NCBI GenBank assembly: GCA_964636295.1
Contig: CAZWQY010000001.1
Coordinates: forward strand, 16,092-80,091
Direction of reading: 5' to 3'
Length of the DNA: 64,000 nucleotides
Source: an uncultured Lentisphaeraceae bacterium
GTDB lineage: Bacteria; Verrucomicrobiota; Kiritimatiellia; RFP12; UBA1067
In this document: positions 1 through 13,793 of the stretch, piece by piece
Layout of the letters: every line of letters starts with the position of its first letter
How positions within the stretch are numbered: the stretch's first letter is position 1
Program-made: the position numbers and the translations under genes
The notes under the pieces: generated by a model
What the model saw: the letters and a program-made list of their open reading frames with translations, nothing else
Told to the model about the DNA's origin: nothing
The model's database searches: none

Positions 1-127
1 CCAGCGCGCGGCCACCGCGCGGAATCGTGAGATCCGCGACGCTCCGCAAATCCATCCCCGCGTCGCTCGGATGAGCATACGCGGGGAGAACGGCATCCGG
101 ATGAACACGCTTGAACGCGAGCGTCAT
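1..127 (-). CDS. dut: dUTP diphosphatase, first 42 codons only (gene runs off the left edge)
   Basis: Reverse complement of 1-127 translates to MTLAFKRVHPDAVLPAYAHPSDAGMDLRSVADLTIPRGGRAL, matching the dUTPase N-terminus (LPxYA..xSAGxDLR). The ATG at 125-127 overlaps the upstream stop as ATGA. Confidence 0.7.
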   Translation of the reverse strand, partial: MTLAFKRVHPDAVLPAYAHPSDAGMDLRSVADLTIPRGGRAL

Positions 128-1782
128 TCTTCCTCTTCCGGATTGACGACCGAGGAGATTTCGCCCGGCTCGAAGCCAAGGCGCTCCAGATTCCACGTGC
201 GCCAGCTTTCGGGAATCTGCCGCAGCTGAAGCGACGCGAGATCGTCGCGAATCTGCGCACGCAGCACCGTCGCCTTCGCGGCATCGCCTGGCACGCGGTC
301 TTCGCAGACGACAAGAATCGCATGGCCCGGCGAGGTGAGCGTGAAATCGGAAACCTCGCCCCTCTTGAGCTTCATCGCCGCGCGGGCGACCGACATCGCG
401 TTCGCAATGCCGTTGTCCGTCCCCTGACGGAGGTCGGAAACCGTGAACGTGAGGTTCGTCGAGACGCCCTTGACGGCCGCGACCGCCTGTGCACCCTTCT
501 TCGCGACAGCCTCGACCTGCGCCTTGAAGGCATCCGCCTTCGCGTCGCGGAGGACGCGGGGACGAATCGCGTCCTTCGCCTCGTCGAACGTCGGCACGTG
601 CTTCGGGCTCGTCTCGGCCTTCTCGACAAGCCAGACCGCGCGGTCCGAACTCACGACCGCATAGCGCAAGTCGTCCGTATTCGGGTCCAGCTCCGCCACG
701 GCCTCCGAGAAGTTCTTCGCACCGGGGCAAATCTGGTACGCGCTCTTCATGAAGCCCTCCTGGTAGCCGCCATCCATCGCGAACCAGTCGCTCGTCTGGA
801 CTTTAAGCCCCTCTTCCTTCGCGATCTCGTCCAGCCGCGACGCGCCCTTCTTCGCCGCCTTCTGGGCGTAGGCGCGGAAGTTGAGGTTCGTCTCCAGGCA
901 CTGCACGGCGGCGATCTCGCGGAGTTCCTTCTCGATTCCCGCCTTCACGTCCTCGAACTTCTTCACGGTCTCGACGCCGTTCGTGTCCGTCGAGGTGTAC
1001 TTGTCGATCGTGACGTCGTAGCGGTCGCGCATCTCGTCCTCCGTGACGACCATGCGCGCGAGCAGTTCCTTCTTCGTCGCATCGAACTTGACGAAACGGA
1101 TCTTCGTGCGTTCGGGAAGCTCCAGGCTCTTGGCGTTCTTCTCGTACCAGGCCTTCAGGGCCTTCTCGTCAACCTTGACGGCCTCGGCGTCCTTCTGCGA
1201 CTGGCTGAAGGTGGCGACCTTGACGGTGAACGTGTCCGTCATGTCCGCAACCGCCTGGTCAACTTCCATCGGCGACGCCCACGCCGCCGCGCCGAGGACG
1301 GCCTGCCCCAGGCGCATCAGGGTGACGCGACGCTTCAGGAACGCCTCGAAGCGTTCGGGCGAAAGCCCGTTGTCGCGAAGCGCGCGCTGGTAGAGCGCAA
1401 AGCTGAAGCCCCCGTTCTGCTGGAAGGACGGATCGCGGCGGATGATTGCCTGGACTTCGGCATCCGTCGCCACGACGCCCGCCTTTTCCGCGACGAGGAG
1501 CGCCGCGTAGTTCTCCCACGCCTGACGGTTCGCGTCGCCCGCCTTCATCTGCGTGTCCCGCACCCGGCCAAAGCCGCGCACCTCCTCGGCCAAGGCCGAG
1601 AAGAGCTTGGCATCGACCGCCTTGCCCGCAAGCGTGCCCGCGTCGCCCGACGCCTCGGAACGCGACTCGCTGCCCAAATCGGCAATGAGGAAGTCAAAGG
1701 CAAAGAAAGCGGAAATCGCGACGGCGAAAACGCCCCAAAGCCAGCGGTTGCGAATCAGTTTGTTGAATTTTTGAATGACCAT
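124..1782 (-). CDS. PpiD-like membrane-anchored periplasmic chaperone (SurA-N-like domain plus a parvulin-like C-terminus)
   Basis: 552-aa ORF. It has an N-terminal TM anchor (WLWGVFAVAISAFFAFDFLI), a long helical chaperone-like body, and a C-terminal GEVSDFTLTSPGHAILVVCEDR parvulin-like end. Confidence 0.55.
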   Translation of the reverse strand: MVIQKFNKLIRNRWLWGVFAVAISAFFAFDFLIADLGSESRSEASGDAGTLAGKAVDAKLFSALAEEVRGFGRVRDTQMKAGDANRQAWENYAALLVAEKAGVVATDAEVQAIIRRDPSFQQNGGFSFALYQRALRDNGLSPERFEAFLKRRVTLMRLGQAVLGAAAWASPMEVDQAVADMTDTFTVKVATFSQSQKDAEAVKVDEKALKAWYEKNAKSLELPERTKIRFVKFDATKKELLARMVVTEDEMRDRYDVTIDKYTSTDTNGVETVKKFEDVKAGIEKELREIAAVQCLETNLNFRAYAQKAAKKGASRLDEIAKEEGLKVQTSDWFAMDGGYQEGFMKSAYQICPGAKNFSEAVAELDPNTDDLRYAVVSSDRAVWLVEKAETSPKHVPTFDEAKDAIRPRVLRDAKADAFKAQVEAVAKKGAQAVAAVKGVSTNLTFTVSDLRQGTDNGIANAMSVARAAMKLKRGEVSDFTLTSPGHAILVVCEDRVPGDAAKATVLRAQIRDDLASLQLRQIPESWRTWNLERLGFEPGEISSVVNPEEEE

Positions 1783-1871
1783 TTCGGTTGCTCGATTCTA
1801 CGAATGCTCGACTGCTCGATTTGTTCGGTTTGGTGTATGTTGACTGTTCGTGTGCTTCAAAAAGGAATGCC

Positions 1872-2915
1872 TCACTCGTCGTCCGACGCCTCGTCGGCCG
1901 TCTCCGTCGCGGACGAGGCGTCCTCGTCCTCAACGACGGCTTCCTCCGTCGTCTCCGAGGCCTCGGCGGCCTTCTTGGCGAGCGCGTCGGCCTCGCTCTC
2001 CGTCTTCGCGACGAGCGCGCCCGAATTGATTTCCGACCGCCCCTCGCAGAAGCTCACGCCCGGCCCCATCGGGTTGCCGGCCGCGTCAAAGGCTATGACG
2101 AACACGCTCATCCGCTCGCCGACCGACGGAACGGCCCGATGGATGTTGACCTTCATCTTCGGCGAAAGCTTGACCTCGGCCTTGTCGGAGACGGCCTTCT
2201 GCTCGGTCTCGCCTTCCGCCGAGACCTGCGAGACGAGGCGGACGCCCTGATCGAGACGGACGAGATAGTCGCCGCTCGTGTTCTCAAGAACCGTCACGAG
2301 TCGGTCATGCTCGCTCGTGAGGACGACCTCGTTCGCCGCCCGCATCTGCGGAATCTCGAAGTGCTGCCCCGAAAGGGCCAGCGAACCCGTCACGCAGCGC
2401 ACGACCGTGCGCGTGCCGTACGCCGTCGCCTCACGGACATAGCGGGATTCGCCCGCCAGATTCCGAACGGCGAAGTCGGGAGCCGAGACGGCAAACGCGC
2501 CCTCCGGCATGTTGTCCGCCAGATTCAGCGTCAGTTCGCCCGTTCCGAGAACGACCGTGCGCGACTTGACGCCCAACGCCTGGGCCAGTGTCCCGAACGA
2601 CGCCTCGCCCGACAGCGCGGCAAACGAATTCGCCCCGAACGAGACGGTCAGCTTGCCCGCGCCCTGCGTGCGGAACGCCGCGCCCAGCGGATAGAACTTG
2701 CCTTCCTCGACCGGCGCCCACGCGCCGCCCGGAACCTGGACTTCCGCCGTGCCCTCGCACGAGCGGCAGAACGGCAGCGTCGTGAAGGAACTCCGCGCGG
2801 CGGCCTTCGGAGCCGGCGCGGCCTCAGGGGCCGCCGCCGCGTCGTCCTCCTGCGCAACGGCGACGGACGCGCCCAGCGCAAGAGCCGAAACGACTGCAAA
2901 CTTCGCGTATGTCAT
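1872..2915 (-). CDS. secreted hypothetical protein with an acidic C-terminal tail
   Basis: 347-aa ORF with a signal peptide (MTYAKFAVVSALALGASVAVAQ), a beta-rich body and an E/D/S/T-rich tail. A GGAGAGGA RBS precedes the ATG. I recognise no family. Confidence 0.5.
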   Translation of the reverse strand: MTYAKFAVVSALALGASVAVAQEDDAAAAPEAAPAPKAAARSSFTTLPFCRSCEGTAEVQVPGGAWAPVEEGKFYPLGAAFRTQGAGKLTVSFGANSFAALSGEASFGTLAQALGVKSRTVVLGTGELTLNLADNMPEGAFAVSAPDFAVRNLAGESRYVREATAYGTRTVVRCVTGSLALSGQHFEIPQMRAANEVVLTSEHDRLVTVLENTSGDYLVRLDQGVRLVSQVSAEGETEQKAVSDKAEVKLSPKMKVNIHRAVPSVGERMSVFVIAFDAAGNPMGPGVSFCEGRSEINSGALVAKTESEADALAKKAAEASETTEEAVVEDEDASSATETADEASDDE

Positions 2916-2934
2916 GGTATCCTCTCCTTCAGGT

Positions 2935-4116
2935 TCAACCTTCGACGAGGTGTGCGCCGTCCGACGGCGGAATCAGCGAACAGGTCGGCTCGTCGCCGAA
3001 CTTGGCCTTGTACTCGCGCGTGATCGCCGCCGCAATGCGGTCGGCCGCCGCCGGATCGACCAGGAGGCAGCAGCTGCCGCCGAACCCGCCGCCGGAAAGG
3101 CGCGCGCCGTAGACTTCGGGAATCGCCTTCGCCGCGTCCACGATCACGTCCAGCTCCTCGCAGGAGTTCTCGAACCAGTTGCGGCTCGACTCGTGCGAAT
3201 CGTACATCAGCGCGCCGAAGCCCTGAAGGTCGCCCTTCTCCAGCAGCGCCGCGCCCTGGAGGACGCGCTCGTCTTCGCCGATCGGATGGATCGCGCGCTT
3301 CGCCGTCGTCTCGGAAAGCCCGCTGCGGTAGAGGACCCACTCGGCCGCCGTGACGTCGCGCAGGTGCGTGACCGAGCCTTTCTTGAGGACGCTCGCGAAA
3401 TACTTCGCCGCGTCTTCGCACGCCTGGCGACGCGAGGCGTAGGCCCCGTCCACCAGCGCGTGCTTCGCGTTCGACTTCACCATCATGAACGCGACGCCGT
3501 CGCCGAGCGGAACCGTCTCGAAGGTGTTCGTGCGGAAGTCGCTCTTGACGAGCGCGCCCGCCTTTCCGTACATGGAGGACGCCTGATCCAGCAGCCCGCA
3601 GGGGCAGCCCGCGAACGTGTGCTCGGCCTTCTGGCCGATCTTCGCGAGCGTCGTCCGATCCTGCGAGAGGCCATAGAGCTTCTGGAGCGCCAGCGCCGTC
3701 GCCATCTCAAGCGCGGCGGACGAGGACAGCCCCGCGCCCAGCGGAATGTTGCCGAGGAACATCGCCTTCCAGCCATGCCCGGCCGTCGCCGGCTTGTCGT
3801 CGAAGAGCCAGTTGAACGTGCCCGTCACATAGTTCTGCCACGTCATCTCCCGCGCGGGCTTCACGTCGCGGATGGAGAAGTTCACCGTCTCCATCAGGTC
3901 GCCCGCCGTCAGCGAGCAGGTCTCGTCGTCCGTCGCGCACACGGCGAAGAACGTGCCCTTGTCGATTGCCGCCGAGAAGACGTAGCCCTCGTTGTAGTCG
4001 GTGTGGTTGCCGAGAACCTCGATCCGGCCCGGCGCATAGGCGACAACCTCCGGCTTCTTGCCGTAGAGCTTCTCGAACTTCGCGACGAGCTCGTCGTAGA
4101 CTGCCTGGTTCAGCAT
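2935..4116 (-). CDS. galK: galactokinase
   Basis: Carries the galactokinase signature GRIEVLGNHTDYNEGYV and the GHMP-kinase motif PLGAGLSSSAALE. The 393-aa length fits. Confidence 0.9.
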   Translation of the reverse strand: MLNQAVYDELVAKFEKLYGKKPEVVAYAPGRIEVLGNHTDYNEGYVFSAAIDKGTFFAVCATDDETCSLTAGDLMETVNFSIRDVKPAREMTWQNYVTGTFNWLFDDKPATAGHGWKAMFLGNIPLGAGLSSSAALEMATALALQKLYGLSQDRTTLAKIGQKAEHTFAGCPCGLLDQASSMYGKAGALVKSDFRTNTFETVPLGDGVAFMMVKSNAKHALVDGAYASRRQACEDAAKYFASVLKKGSVTHLRDVTAAEWVLYRSGLSETTAKRAIHPIGEDERVLQGAALLEKGDLQGFGALMYDSHESSRNWFENSCEELDVIVDAAKAIPEVYGARLSGGGFGGSCCLLVDPAAADRIAAAITREYKAKFGDEPTCSLIPPSDGAHLVEG

Positions 4117-4161
4117 GGTGAAGATTCCTCTCTCGTTAAAAGTTGACGTCGTTCAGACGGG

Positions 4162-5436
4162 TCATTCCGCCCGCGCCTTCGGCTTCGACAGGAAGTTGGC
4201 GTACACGAACACGTAGGCGAAGAGCGCGATCGTGAACCAGTAGCTGTTGAGGTAGCCGACCTTGCCCGCGAGCATGCCCTGAAGCGGCAGGCAGACGCCG
4301 CCGACGACGCAGGCCATGAAGATGCCGGAACCCATCGGGACGTACTTGCCGAGGCCCTCGGCCGCGAGGTTGAAGAGGCCACCCCACATGACCGACGTCG
4401 CGAGGCCGCAGACGAACAGCAGGCACATCGACAGCGGAAGCGTCTTGCCGAAGACCGTCACGAGTTGGACGGGGAGGAACATCATCGCGAGCAGCGTGAC
4501 GATGCCGAGAAGCGACAGGAACGTGATCATCGCGCGCGAGCTCACCTTGCCGCCGATCATGCCGCCGAAGATACGGCCGATCATCATCGCGAACCAGTAG
4601 GCGGCGACGACGCTGCCCGCGACGACCGGGCCGACGCCCTTCATCTCGCTCATGTAGAGGTTCGCCATGTTCGGGATGCCGGACTCGATCGTGATGTAGA
4701 AGAAGATCGCAAGCGCGCCGAACGTGAAGTGGCGGAACTTGAGCGTCGCGACGATGTCCTTGACGACGTTCGTCTTGCCCGAAAGGCGGTCGGCCTTCTC
4801 CTCCGCCGTCTCCATGTGCGGCTCGGGGATCTTCGAGAGCAAGACGATCACGAACGCCGCCGCGAAGAGGGCCATCGCGATGAGCATCGCCGGGGCGACC
4901 TTGGCGACCGTCGCCGCCTCCATCGAGCCGCCGATCAGCATGCCGAGGATCATCGGCGCAAGCGTCGCGCCGACGGAGTTGAGCGAACAGCCCATCTGGA
5001 CGAGCTGGTTGCCCTTGTTGCCGCCGCCGCCGAGCGTGTTGAGGAGCGGATTGACGACGAGGTTCAGGAGACACATCGAGAAGCCCGCGACGAACGCGCC
5101 GGCGATGTACACGTAGAACGGGTTCGCCGAAGCCGGCACATAGCCCGAAAGGAGCTGGACGCCCAGGCCCACGAAGCCGACGGCCGCCGCGAGAAGCGCC
5201 GTGAACTTGTAGCCCCGGCGCTTGAGGATCAGGCCGCCCGGAATCCCCATGAAGAGGTAGGCGAAGAAGTTCGCGGCGCTGCCAAGCTGCGACGCCGTCG
5301 CCGAGGCGTTGAACTGGTTCTTGGCGACGACCGCCATCGAGCCGGCGAAGTTCGTGACGAACGCGATCATGAAGAAGAGCGCGAACATCGTGACGATGGC
5401 GGCAACGTTCCCGCCCTGCTTTTCCTGTTTTTCCAT
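4162..5436 (-). CDS. MFS sugar transporter, glucose/galactose (GluP/FucP-like) family
   Basis: 424 aa and polytopic. The N-terminus resembles GluP-type transporters, an AAGGAG RBS is present, and the gene sits directly upstream of galK. Confidence 0.8.
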   Translation of the reverse strand: MEKQEKQGGNVAAIVTMFALFFMIAFVTNFAGSMAVVAKNQFNASATASQLGSAANFFAYLFMGIPGGLILKRRGYKFTALLAAAVGFVGLGVQLLSGYVPASANPFYVYIAGAFVAGFSMCLLNLVVNPLLNTLGGGGNKGNQLVQMGCSLNSVGATLAPMILGMLIGGSMEAATVAKVAPAMLIAMALFAAAFVIVLLSKIPEPHMETAEEKADRLSGKTNVVKDIVATLKFRHFTFGALAIFFYITIESGIPNMANLYMSEMKGVGPVVAGSVVAAYWFAMMIGRIFGGMIGGKVSSRAMITFLSLLGIVTLLAMMFLPVQLVTVFGKTLPLSMCLLFVCGLATSVMWGGLFNLAAEGLGKYVPMGSGIFMACVVGGVCLPLQGMLAGKVGYLNSYWFTIALFAYVFVYANFLSKPKARAE

Positions 5437-5465
5437 AAGACTCCTTCTAGTGTTTATGACGCGAA

Positions 5466-5473
5466 ATTATACC
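5466..5473 (-). promoter_or_regulatory. -10 box GGTATAAT for the MFS transporter/galK unit
   Basis: The plus strand reads attatacc in an otherwise GC-rich spacer between the purL stop (5495) and the transporter ATG (5436). It lies 29 nt upstream of the ATG, with an AAGGAG RBS in between. Confidence 0.5.
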
Positions 5474-5494
5474 GAAAACGGGTCGCCCCGTCAA

Positions 5495-9397
<3,903 letters not shown>

Positions 9398-9426
9398 GTT
9401 TTCCTCCTTAGTAAAATGAGGTGGAT

Positions 9427-9435
9427 ATTATACCA
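9427..9435 (-). promoter_or_regulatory. extended -10 promoter TGGTATAAT for purL
   Basis: The minus strand reads GGTATAATATCCACCTCATTTTACTAAGGAGGAAAACATG. The -10 box is 29 nt before the ATG and a canonical AAGGAGG RBS follows it. Confidence 0.65.
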
Positions 9436-9514
9436 TATCGGAAGCGTCGCCTTGCGAAGGGACAAGACAGCCGTTCGGCCGCGCAGAAGGTTCGCCGCAC
9501 CCTCCGCAATCGCC

Positions 9515-10117
9515 CTAGCGGAAACCGAGGATCTTGTGGAGCTGGACGGAGAGCGACCAGCCCTCCAGACGGGACAGGACGGCCTTCGCCGTGGCGAAGT
9601 CAATCGATCCGTTCCGCTCGCACGGCGAGACGTAGTAGTCCGTCGCGGCAAGGCGTCCGCGAATCTCCTGCGCAAAGCGAACGACGGAGTCCTCGTCCGA
9701 AGAGGCGACGACCCGCACCTCGTCGCAACGGCGAAGCCCCGTCGCCGCACGATAGCGCGCGGCCTCCTCCGTCTTGGGCGAACAGGCGACGTAGTCCACA
9801 TCGTCCAGCCACGCGGGCGCGAGCAAACCGTTCGTCTCGACGCCAATCCAGAGCCCCGCGCCCTTCAACGCCGCGACGAGTTCGGGCATCCCCGCCTGAA
9901 TCGTCGGTTCGCCGCCCGTCAGGATGACGCTCTTCGGCCGGTGCGCACGCACCTCGGCGAGCAGTTCGTCCAGCGACAGGGAAAACCGCCGCGCCGTGTC
10001 CGTGTCGCACCAGGGGCAGGCGAGGTTGCAGCCCGCAAAGCGGACGAACGTGCAGGGCCGCCCCATGTTCCGCCCCTCCCCCTGGAGCGACGAAAAGATC
10101 TCAACGAGACTGTACAT
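9515..10117 (-). CDS. queE: 7-carboxy-7-deazaguanine synthase (radical SAM)
   Basis: Starts MYSLVEIFSSLQGEGRNMGRPCTFVRFAGCNLACPWCDTD. I trimmed the track ORF to the ATG at 10117. This start overlaps the fucP stop (10101) by 17 nt. Confidence 0.85.
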   Translation of the reverse strand: MYSLVEIFSSLQGEGRNMGRPCTFVRFAGCNLACPWCDTDTARRFSLSLDELLAEVRAHRPKSVILTGGEPTIQAGMPELVAALKGAGLWIGVETNGLLAPAWLDDVDYVACSPKTEEAARYRAATGLRRCDEVRVVASSDEDSVVRFAQEIRGRLAATDYYVSPCERNGSIDFATAKAVLSRLEGWSLSVQLHKILGFR

Positions 10118-11621
10118 CCTTCCCCCGGAAGGCCAGCGCATAGAGTCCGACGACCGCAAAGCAGATCGCCGGGACGACGAAGCTCGCGCGCAGCGACGTC
10201 GCGCAAAGCTTGAGGTTCGTGTCCCAGTCCGTCGCAAAGCCCGGCACCAGCGCACACCAGACGGAATTCGGGTTGCCGATGACGTCCGCCATCCACGGCG
10301 TGATGATCGCGCCTCCCAGAATCGCCATGATGAGTCCGGACGCGCCGAGCTTCAGGGCCTTCGGATCCAGCCCGCCAAGCGCCATGCCGTAGATCGTCGG
10401 GAACATGAGCGACATGAAGCCGCTCATCGCGACCAGGCAGAGGACGTTCGCCGAGAACGGCAACCCGCCGACTGAAAAGAGGACGCGCGTCGGCAGATAC
10501 ATGACGCCGAGGCAGCAGAGGATCGCCCCCACCGCGAAGACGGCCATCATCTTCGCCGGCTCGACGTACTTCATGGCGAACGTCGCGATCCAGCGGCAGA
10601 CGATGAAGAGCGTGATGGCGATCGTGTAGTAGGTCGCGCCGTCCGCCGGCGTGACGCCCAGCTCCTTCTGGCAGTAGACGTTGAGCCACGTCCACGCGGC
10701 GATCTGCACGCCCACATAGAAGAACTGCGCAACGACGCCAAAGCCGTAGCGCGGCGTCCGCAGAAGCGTTCCGAGCATCGCCCGGTAGTCGCGCTGAAGG
10801 ACGACGTAGGCGAGCGGGCCGAGACAGCCGAGCAGCACCCAGACGATCTTGTTCATTTCCGGAAAGAGAAAGTAGAGCGCGGTGATCGGCATGAAGGTGA
10901 AGAGCGTCGCGACGCCCACGCGCGTCAGGGCCGCCACACGGCCCGCGCCCGCCGACGCGCCGCCGTCGTCCTTCGTCAACAGGAAGAAGAGCCAAATGAG
11001 CGCGGCAATCGCGCAGAGCCCGACATAGGGCGCGCAGACCCAGAAGAGCTCGTTGTGGATGATCCCCTGCCGCGTCGCCGCGTCCATGAGCGCGCGCTCC
11101 TCCGCCGTCGCGGGGTGGAGATGCGAGAGGATGAGCTGCTGGGCGAGGACAATGCCCATCATCGAGCCGACGGGATTGAACATCTGCGCGAAGTTGAGCC
11201 GCCGTACGGCAGTCGAGGAATCGCCAAGCGAGAGGACGTACGGGTTGCACGTCGTCTCCAGGAGGGAGCAGCCGCCCGCGACGATGAAGATCGCGATGAA
11301 GTAGACGTCGAACGACTGGGCGATGCAGGCGGGAATGTAGAGGAGCGCGCCCGTGATGTAGACGAACAGCCCGATCAGCACGCCCTTCCGATAGCTGAAC
11401 TCCTCGGCGAGAACGGCCGCGAAGATCGCCAAGACGGCATACGCCCCGTAGAACGCGACCTGCACGAGGCCGGCCTTCGACTGATCCATCGTGAAGATGC
11501 GCTGAAACGACGGCACGAGGTTGTCCGTCATGTTGTTCAGAAGCCCCCACAGCGTGAAGCAGCTCACGAGCATCACGAAGGCGGGGAGGTTCCGTTTTGA
11601 GATCAGCCGTCCGTTTTCCAT
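10101..11621 (-). CDS. fucP: L-fucose:H+ symporter-type MFS permease
   Basis: 506 aa. The similarity to E. coli FucP is strong by eye (LWGLLNNMTDNLVPSFQRIF, GLVQVAFYGAY, LLETTCNPYV, LNFAQMFNPVGS). Confidence 0.85.
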   Translation of the reverse strand: MENGRLISKRNLPAFVMLVSCFTLWGLLNNMTDNLVPSFQRIFTMDQSKAGLVQVAFYGAYAVLAIFAAVLAEEFSYRKGVLIGLFVYITGALLYIPACIAQSFDVYFIAIFIVAGGCSLLETTCNPYVLSLGDSSTAVRRLNFAQMFNPVGSMMGIVLAQQLILSHLHPATAEERALMDAATRQGIIHNELFWVCAPYVGLCAIAALIWLFFLLTKDDGGASAGAGRVAALTRVGVATLFTFMPITALYFLFPEMNKIVWVLLGCLGPLAYVVLQRDYRAMLGTLLRTPRYGFGVVAQFFYVGVQIAAWTWLNVYCQKELGVTPADGATYYTIAITLFIVCRWIATFAMKYVEPAKMMAVFAVGAILCCLGVMYLPTRVLFSVGGLPFSANVLCLVAMSGFMSLMFPTIYGMALGGLDPKALKLGASGLIMAILGGAIITPWMADVIGNPNSVWCALVPGFATDWDTNLKLCATSLRASFVVPAICFAVVGLYALAFRGKDVQSR

Positions 11622-11641
11622 GCGATTAGGCCTTTGTGCCG

Positions 11642-12568
11642 TCAGTTGTTGCCCTCTGCCGTCTCCAAATGCGCCTGGATCGCGGCATACAAAACGTGGC
11701 TCGCGCCCGGCGCAAGCGTCCGTCCGCCCGGCCAGTCCGAAACCGGCTCCACGCAGACAAAGCGTTTCCAGTCGTCCGCCGCCAAGTCGGCGAACGCCGT
11801 CTCCGGACCCGGATTCCAGACGACGGCGCGGTCGTTGCCGGACGACGCAAGCGCAATCGCGCGCTTCAGCCCCGGATCAAGAATCGCGTGGGCGTGCCGA
11901 GGCTGGGACGGCAGTTCGAAGATGTGGTCGGGCGCAAAGTCGACCTTCAGGTCGCCCTCCCACACGCCGCGCTTCAGGTCGGCCGTCGTGCCGTCCGTAT
12001 AGGCGCAGCCGTCCAGCCCCCGCACCGTGACGCCGTCGCGGTCGCGCACGGCGAGATACGGATGGAAGCCCGCGCTGAACGCGAACGGCTCCGCGCCCGT
12101 GTTCGTCGTCGTCAGCGCGAGATTGAGCTTCATCGAGACGGTGACCTTGACCGTCAGGTCAAAGGCGTACGGCCAAAGCTGGCGCGTGACGAGGTCGTCC
12201 CGAAGCCCCAGCGTCACTTCCGTGACATCTTCGGAATACTCCGTGCCGCGCACGTCGAAGACCATCTTCGACGCGAAGCCGTGCTGCGGCAAGTCCTTCG
12301 AGAAGCAACGGCCGAACTGCGGCCAGCAAACGGGCACGCCGCCGTGGAACTTGTCGCCCCGGTTGTAGTCCGCGTCCTTCCGCGCCGAGCGGAAGATGAC
12401 CGGCCCGTGGCCGGTCGGACGGTAGGACAGCACGTTCGCGCCGAGGAGCGCGACCTCCGCCGTGCCGTACTTGTTCGCGAGGACGACGTTCGGATAGCCG
12501 GCGAAGCCCGGACGGAAGACAATCCGACCGGGCGCACCGTACCGCGCGTTCAGCTCGGCCAGCGTCAT
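11642..12568 (-). CDS. aldose 1-epimerase family protein, glucose-6-phosphate 1-epimerase (YeaD)-like
   Basis: Contains the GGVPVCWPQFG motif and an MTLAELNARYG start. I trimmed the track ORF to the ATG at 12568, 2 nt after the fucO stop. Confidence 0.75.
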   Translation of the reverse strand: MTLAELNARYGAPGRIVFRPGFAGYPNVVLANKYGTAEVALLGANVLSYRPTGHGPVIFRSARKDADYNRGDKFHGGVPVCWPQFGRCFSKDLPQHGFASKMVFDVRGTEYSEDVTEVTLGLRDDLVTRQLWPYAFDLTVKVTVSMKLNLALTTTNTGAEPFAFSAGFHPYLAVRDRDGVTVRGLDGCAYTDGTTADLKRGVWEGDLKVDFAPDHIFELPSQPRHAHAILDPGLKRAIALASSGNDRAVVWNPGPETAFADLAADDWKRFVCVEPVSDWPGGRTLAPGASHVLYAAIQAHLETAEGNN

Positions 12569-12570
12569 CT

Positions 12571-13719
12571 TCAGGCCAGCCCCTTGTAGAGCTTCTCGAT
12601 GTCCTTGACCGTGAGGTCGCGCGGGTTGCCCGGACGGCAGGCGTCGGCGTAGGCCGACTTCGCGAGGAACGCGATGTCCTCCTTCTTCAAGACGCCCTTG
12701 AGGTCGGACGGGATGCCGACGTCCTTCGCGAGCTTCTCGACGGCCGCGATCGCCGCCTTGCGGACGGCCGCGAGCGGCATCTTCTCCGCGCCCTTCACGC
12801 CCATCGCGACCGCGATCTTGCGGTACTTGTCGCCCGTCTTCGGCGCGTTGAACTTCATCGCCGTCGGCAGGAGGATCGCGCACGCCTTGCCGTGCGGCAT
12901 GTCGTAGAGCGCGGAAAGGCCATGCGCCATCGAATGGTCAATGCCAAGGCCGACGTTCGAGAAGCCCATGCCCGCGATGTACTGTCCGAGGGCCATGCCC
13001 GCGCGGCCCGCCGGCTTGTTCGCGACCGCGTCGCGCAGCGAGGCGCTGATGAGGCGAATCGCCTCCAGGTGCATCATGTCCGTCATCGGACAAGCCGCCT
13101 TCGTGATGAGGCCCTCGATCGCGTGGGTCAGGGCGTCCATGCCCGTGAAGGCCGTCAGCCCCTTCGGCATCGAGCTCATCATGTCGGGATCGACGAACGC
13201 GACGACGGGAATGTCGTGCGGATCGACGCAGACAAACTTGCGCTTCTTCTCGACGTCCGTGATGACGTAGTTGATCGTCACCTCCGCCGCCGTGCCGGCC
13301 GTCGTCGGGACGGCGAGAATCGGCTTCGAGGGCTTCTTCGTCGGCGCGACGCCCTCCAGGCTCCGCACGTCCGCGAAGGACGGGTTCGCGAGGATGATGC
13401 CGACGGCCTTGGCCGTGTCCATCGAACTGCCGCCGCCGATGGCGATGATGCTGTCGGCCTTCGCCTTCTTCGCGGCCTTCACGCCGTCCTTCACGTTCTG
13501 GATCGTCGGGTTCGGCTTGATTTCCGAATAGACGGCGTAGGCGACCCTCGCCGCGTCAAGGAGATCCGTCACCTTCTTCGTGACGCCGAACTTGATGAGG
13601 TCGGGGTCCGAGAAGACGATCGGTTTCTTGAGCCCGCGCTGAGCCAGTTCGGCGACGATGGACTTCACGGCGCCGGCGCCGTGGTACGAAGTCTCGTTCA
13701 GGATGATGCGATTGACCAT
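12571..13719 (-). CDS. fucO: lactaldehyde reductase / iron-containing alcohol dehydrogenase
   Basis: 382 aa with an N-terminus MVNRIILNETSYHGAGAV, GGGSSMDTAK, and metal-binding His residues (HAIE, HSMAH). It sits in a fucP context. Confidence 0.8.
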   Translation of the reverse strand: MVNRIILNETSYHGAGAVKSIVAELAQRGLKKPIVFSDPDLIKFGVTKKVTDLLDAARVAYAVYSEIKPNPTIQNVKDGVKAAKKAKADSIIAIGGGSSMDTAKAVGIILANPSFADVRSLEGVAPTKKPSKPILAVPTTAGTAAEVTINYVITDVEKKRKFVCVDPHDIPVVAFVDPDMMSSMPKGLTAFTGMDALTHAIEGLITKAACPMTDMMHLEAIRLISASLRDAVANKPAGRAGMALGQYIAGMGFSNVGLGIDHSMAHGLSALYDMPHGKACAILLPTAMKFNAPKTGDKYRKIAVAMGVKGAEKMPLAAVRKAAIAAVEKLAKDVGIPSDLKGVLKKEDIAFLAKSAYADACRPGNPRDLTVKDIEKLYKGLA

Positions 13720-13793
13720 GATTCGGATTTTCCTTTCGTTTTCGCTGTTCGGAAATCAGCTACGGGACACGGGGTCGCGCCCCTTGACCGCAA

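Noticed and set aside
1789-1819. Three direct copies of TGCTCGA (1789, 1805, 1813) in the spacer upstream of the PpiD-like gene.
   Set aside because: These are only 7-mers with irregular spacing, which is easily produced by chance. I found no supporting palindrome or recurrence elsewhere in the window.
13771-13783. GGGGTCGCGCCCC hairpin in the fucO leader as a possible riboswitch or attenuator.
   Set aside because: It is a single 4-bp GC stem with a 5-nt loop. There is no alternative pairing partner and no conserved riboswitch core that I can recognise. It is noted only in the promoter evidence.
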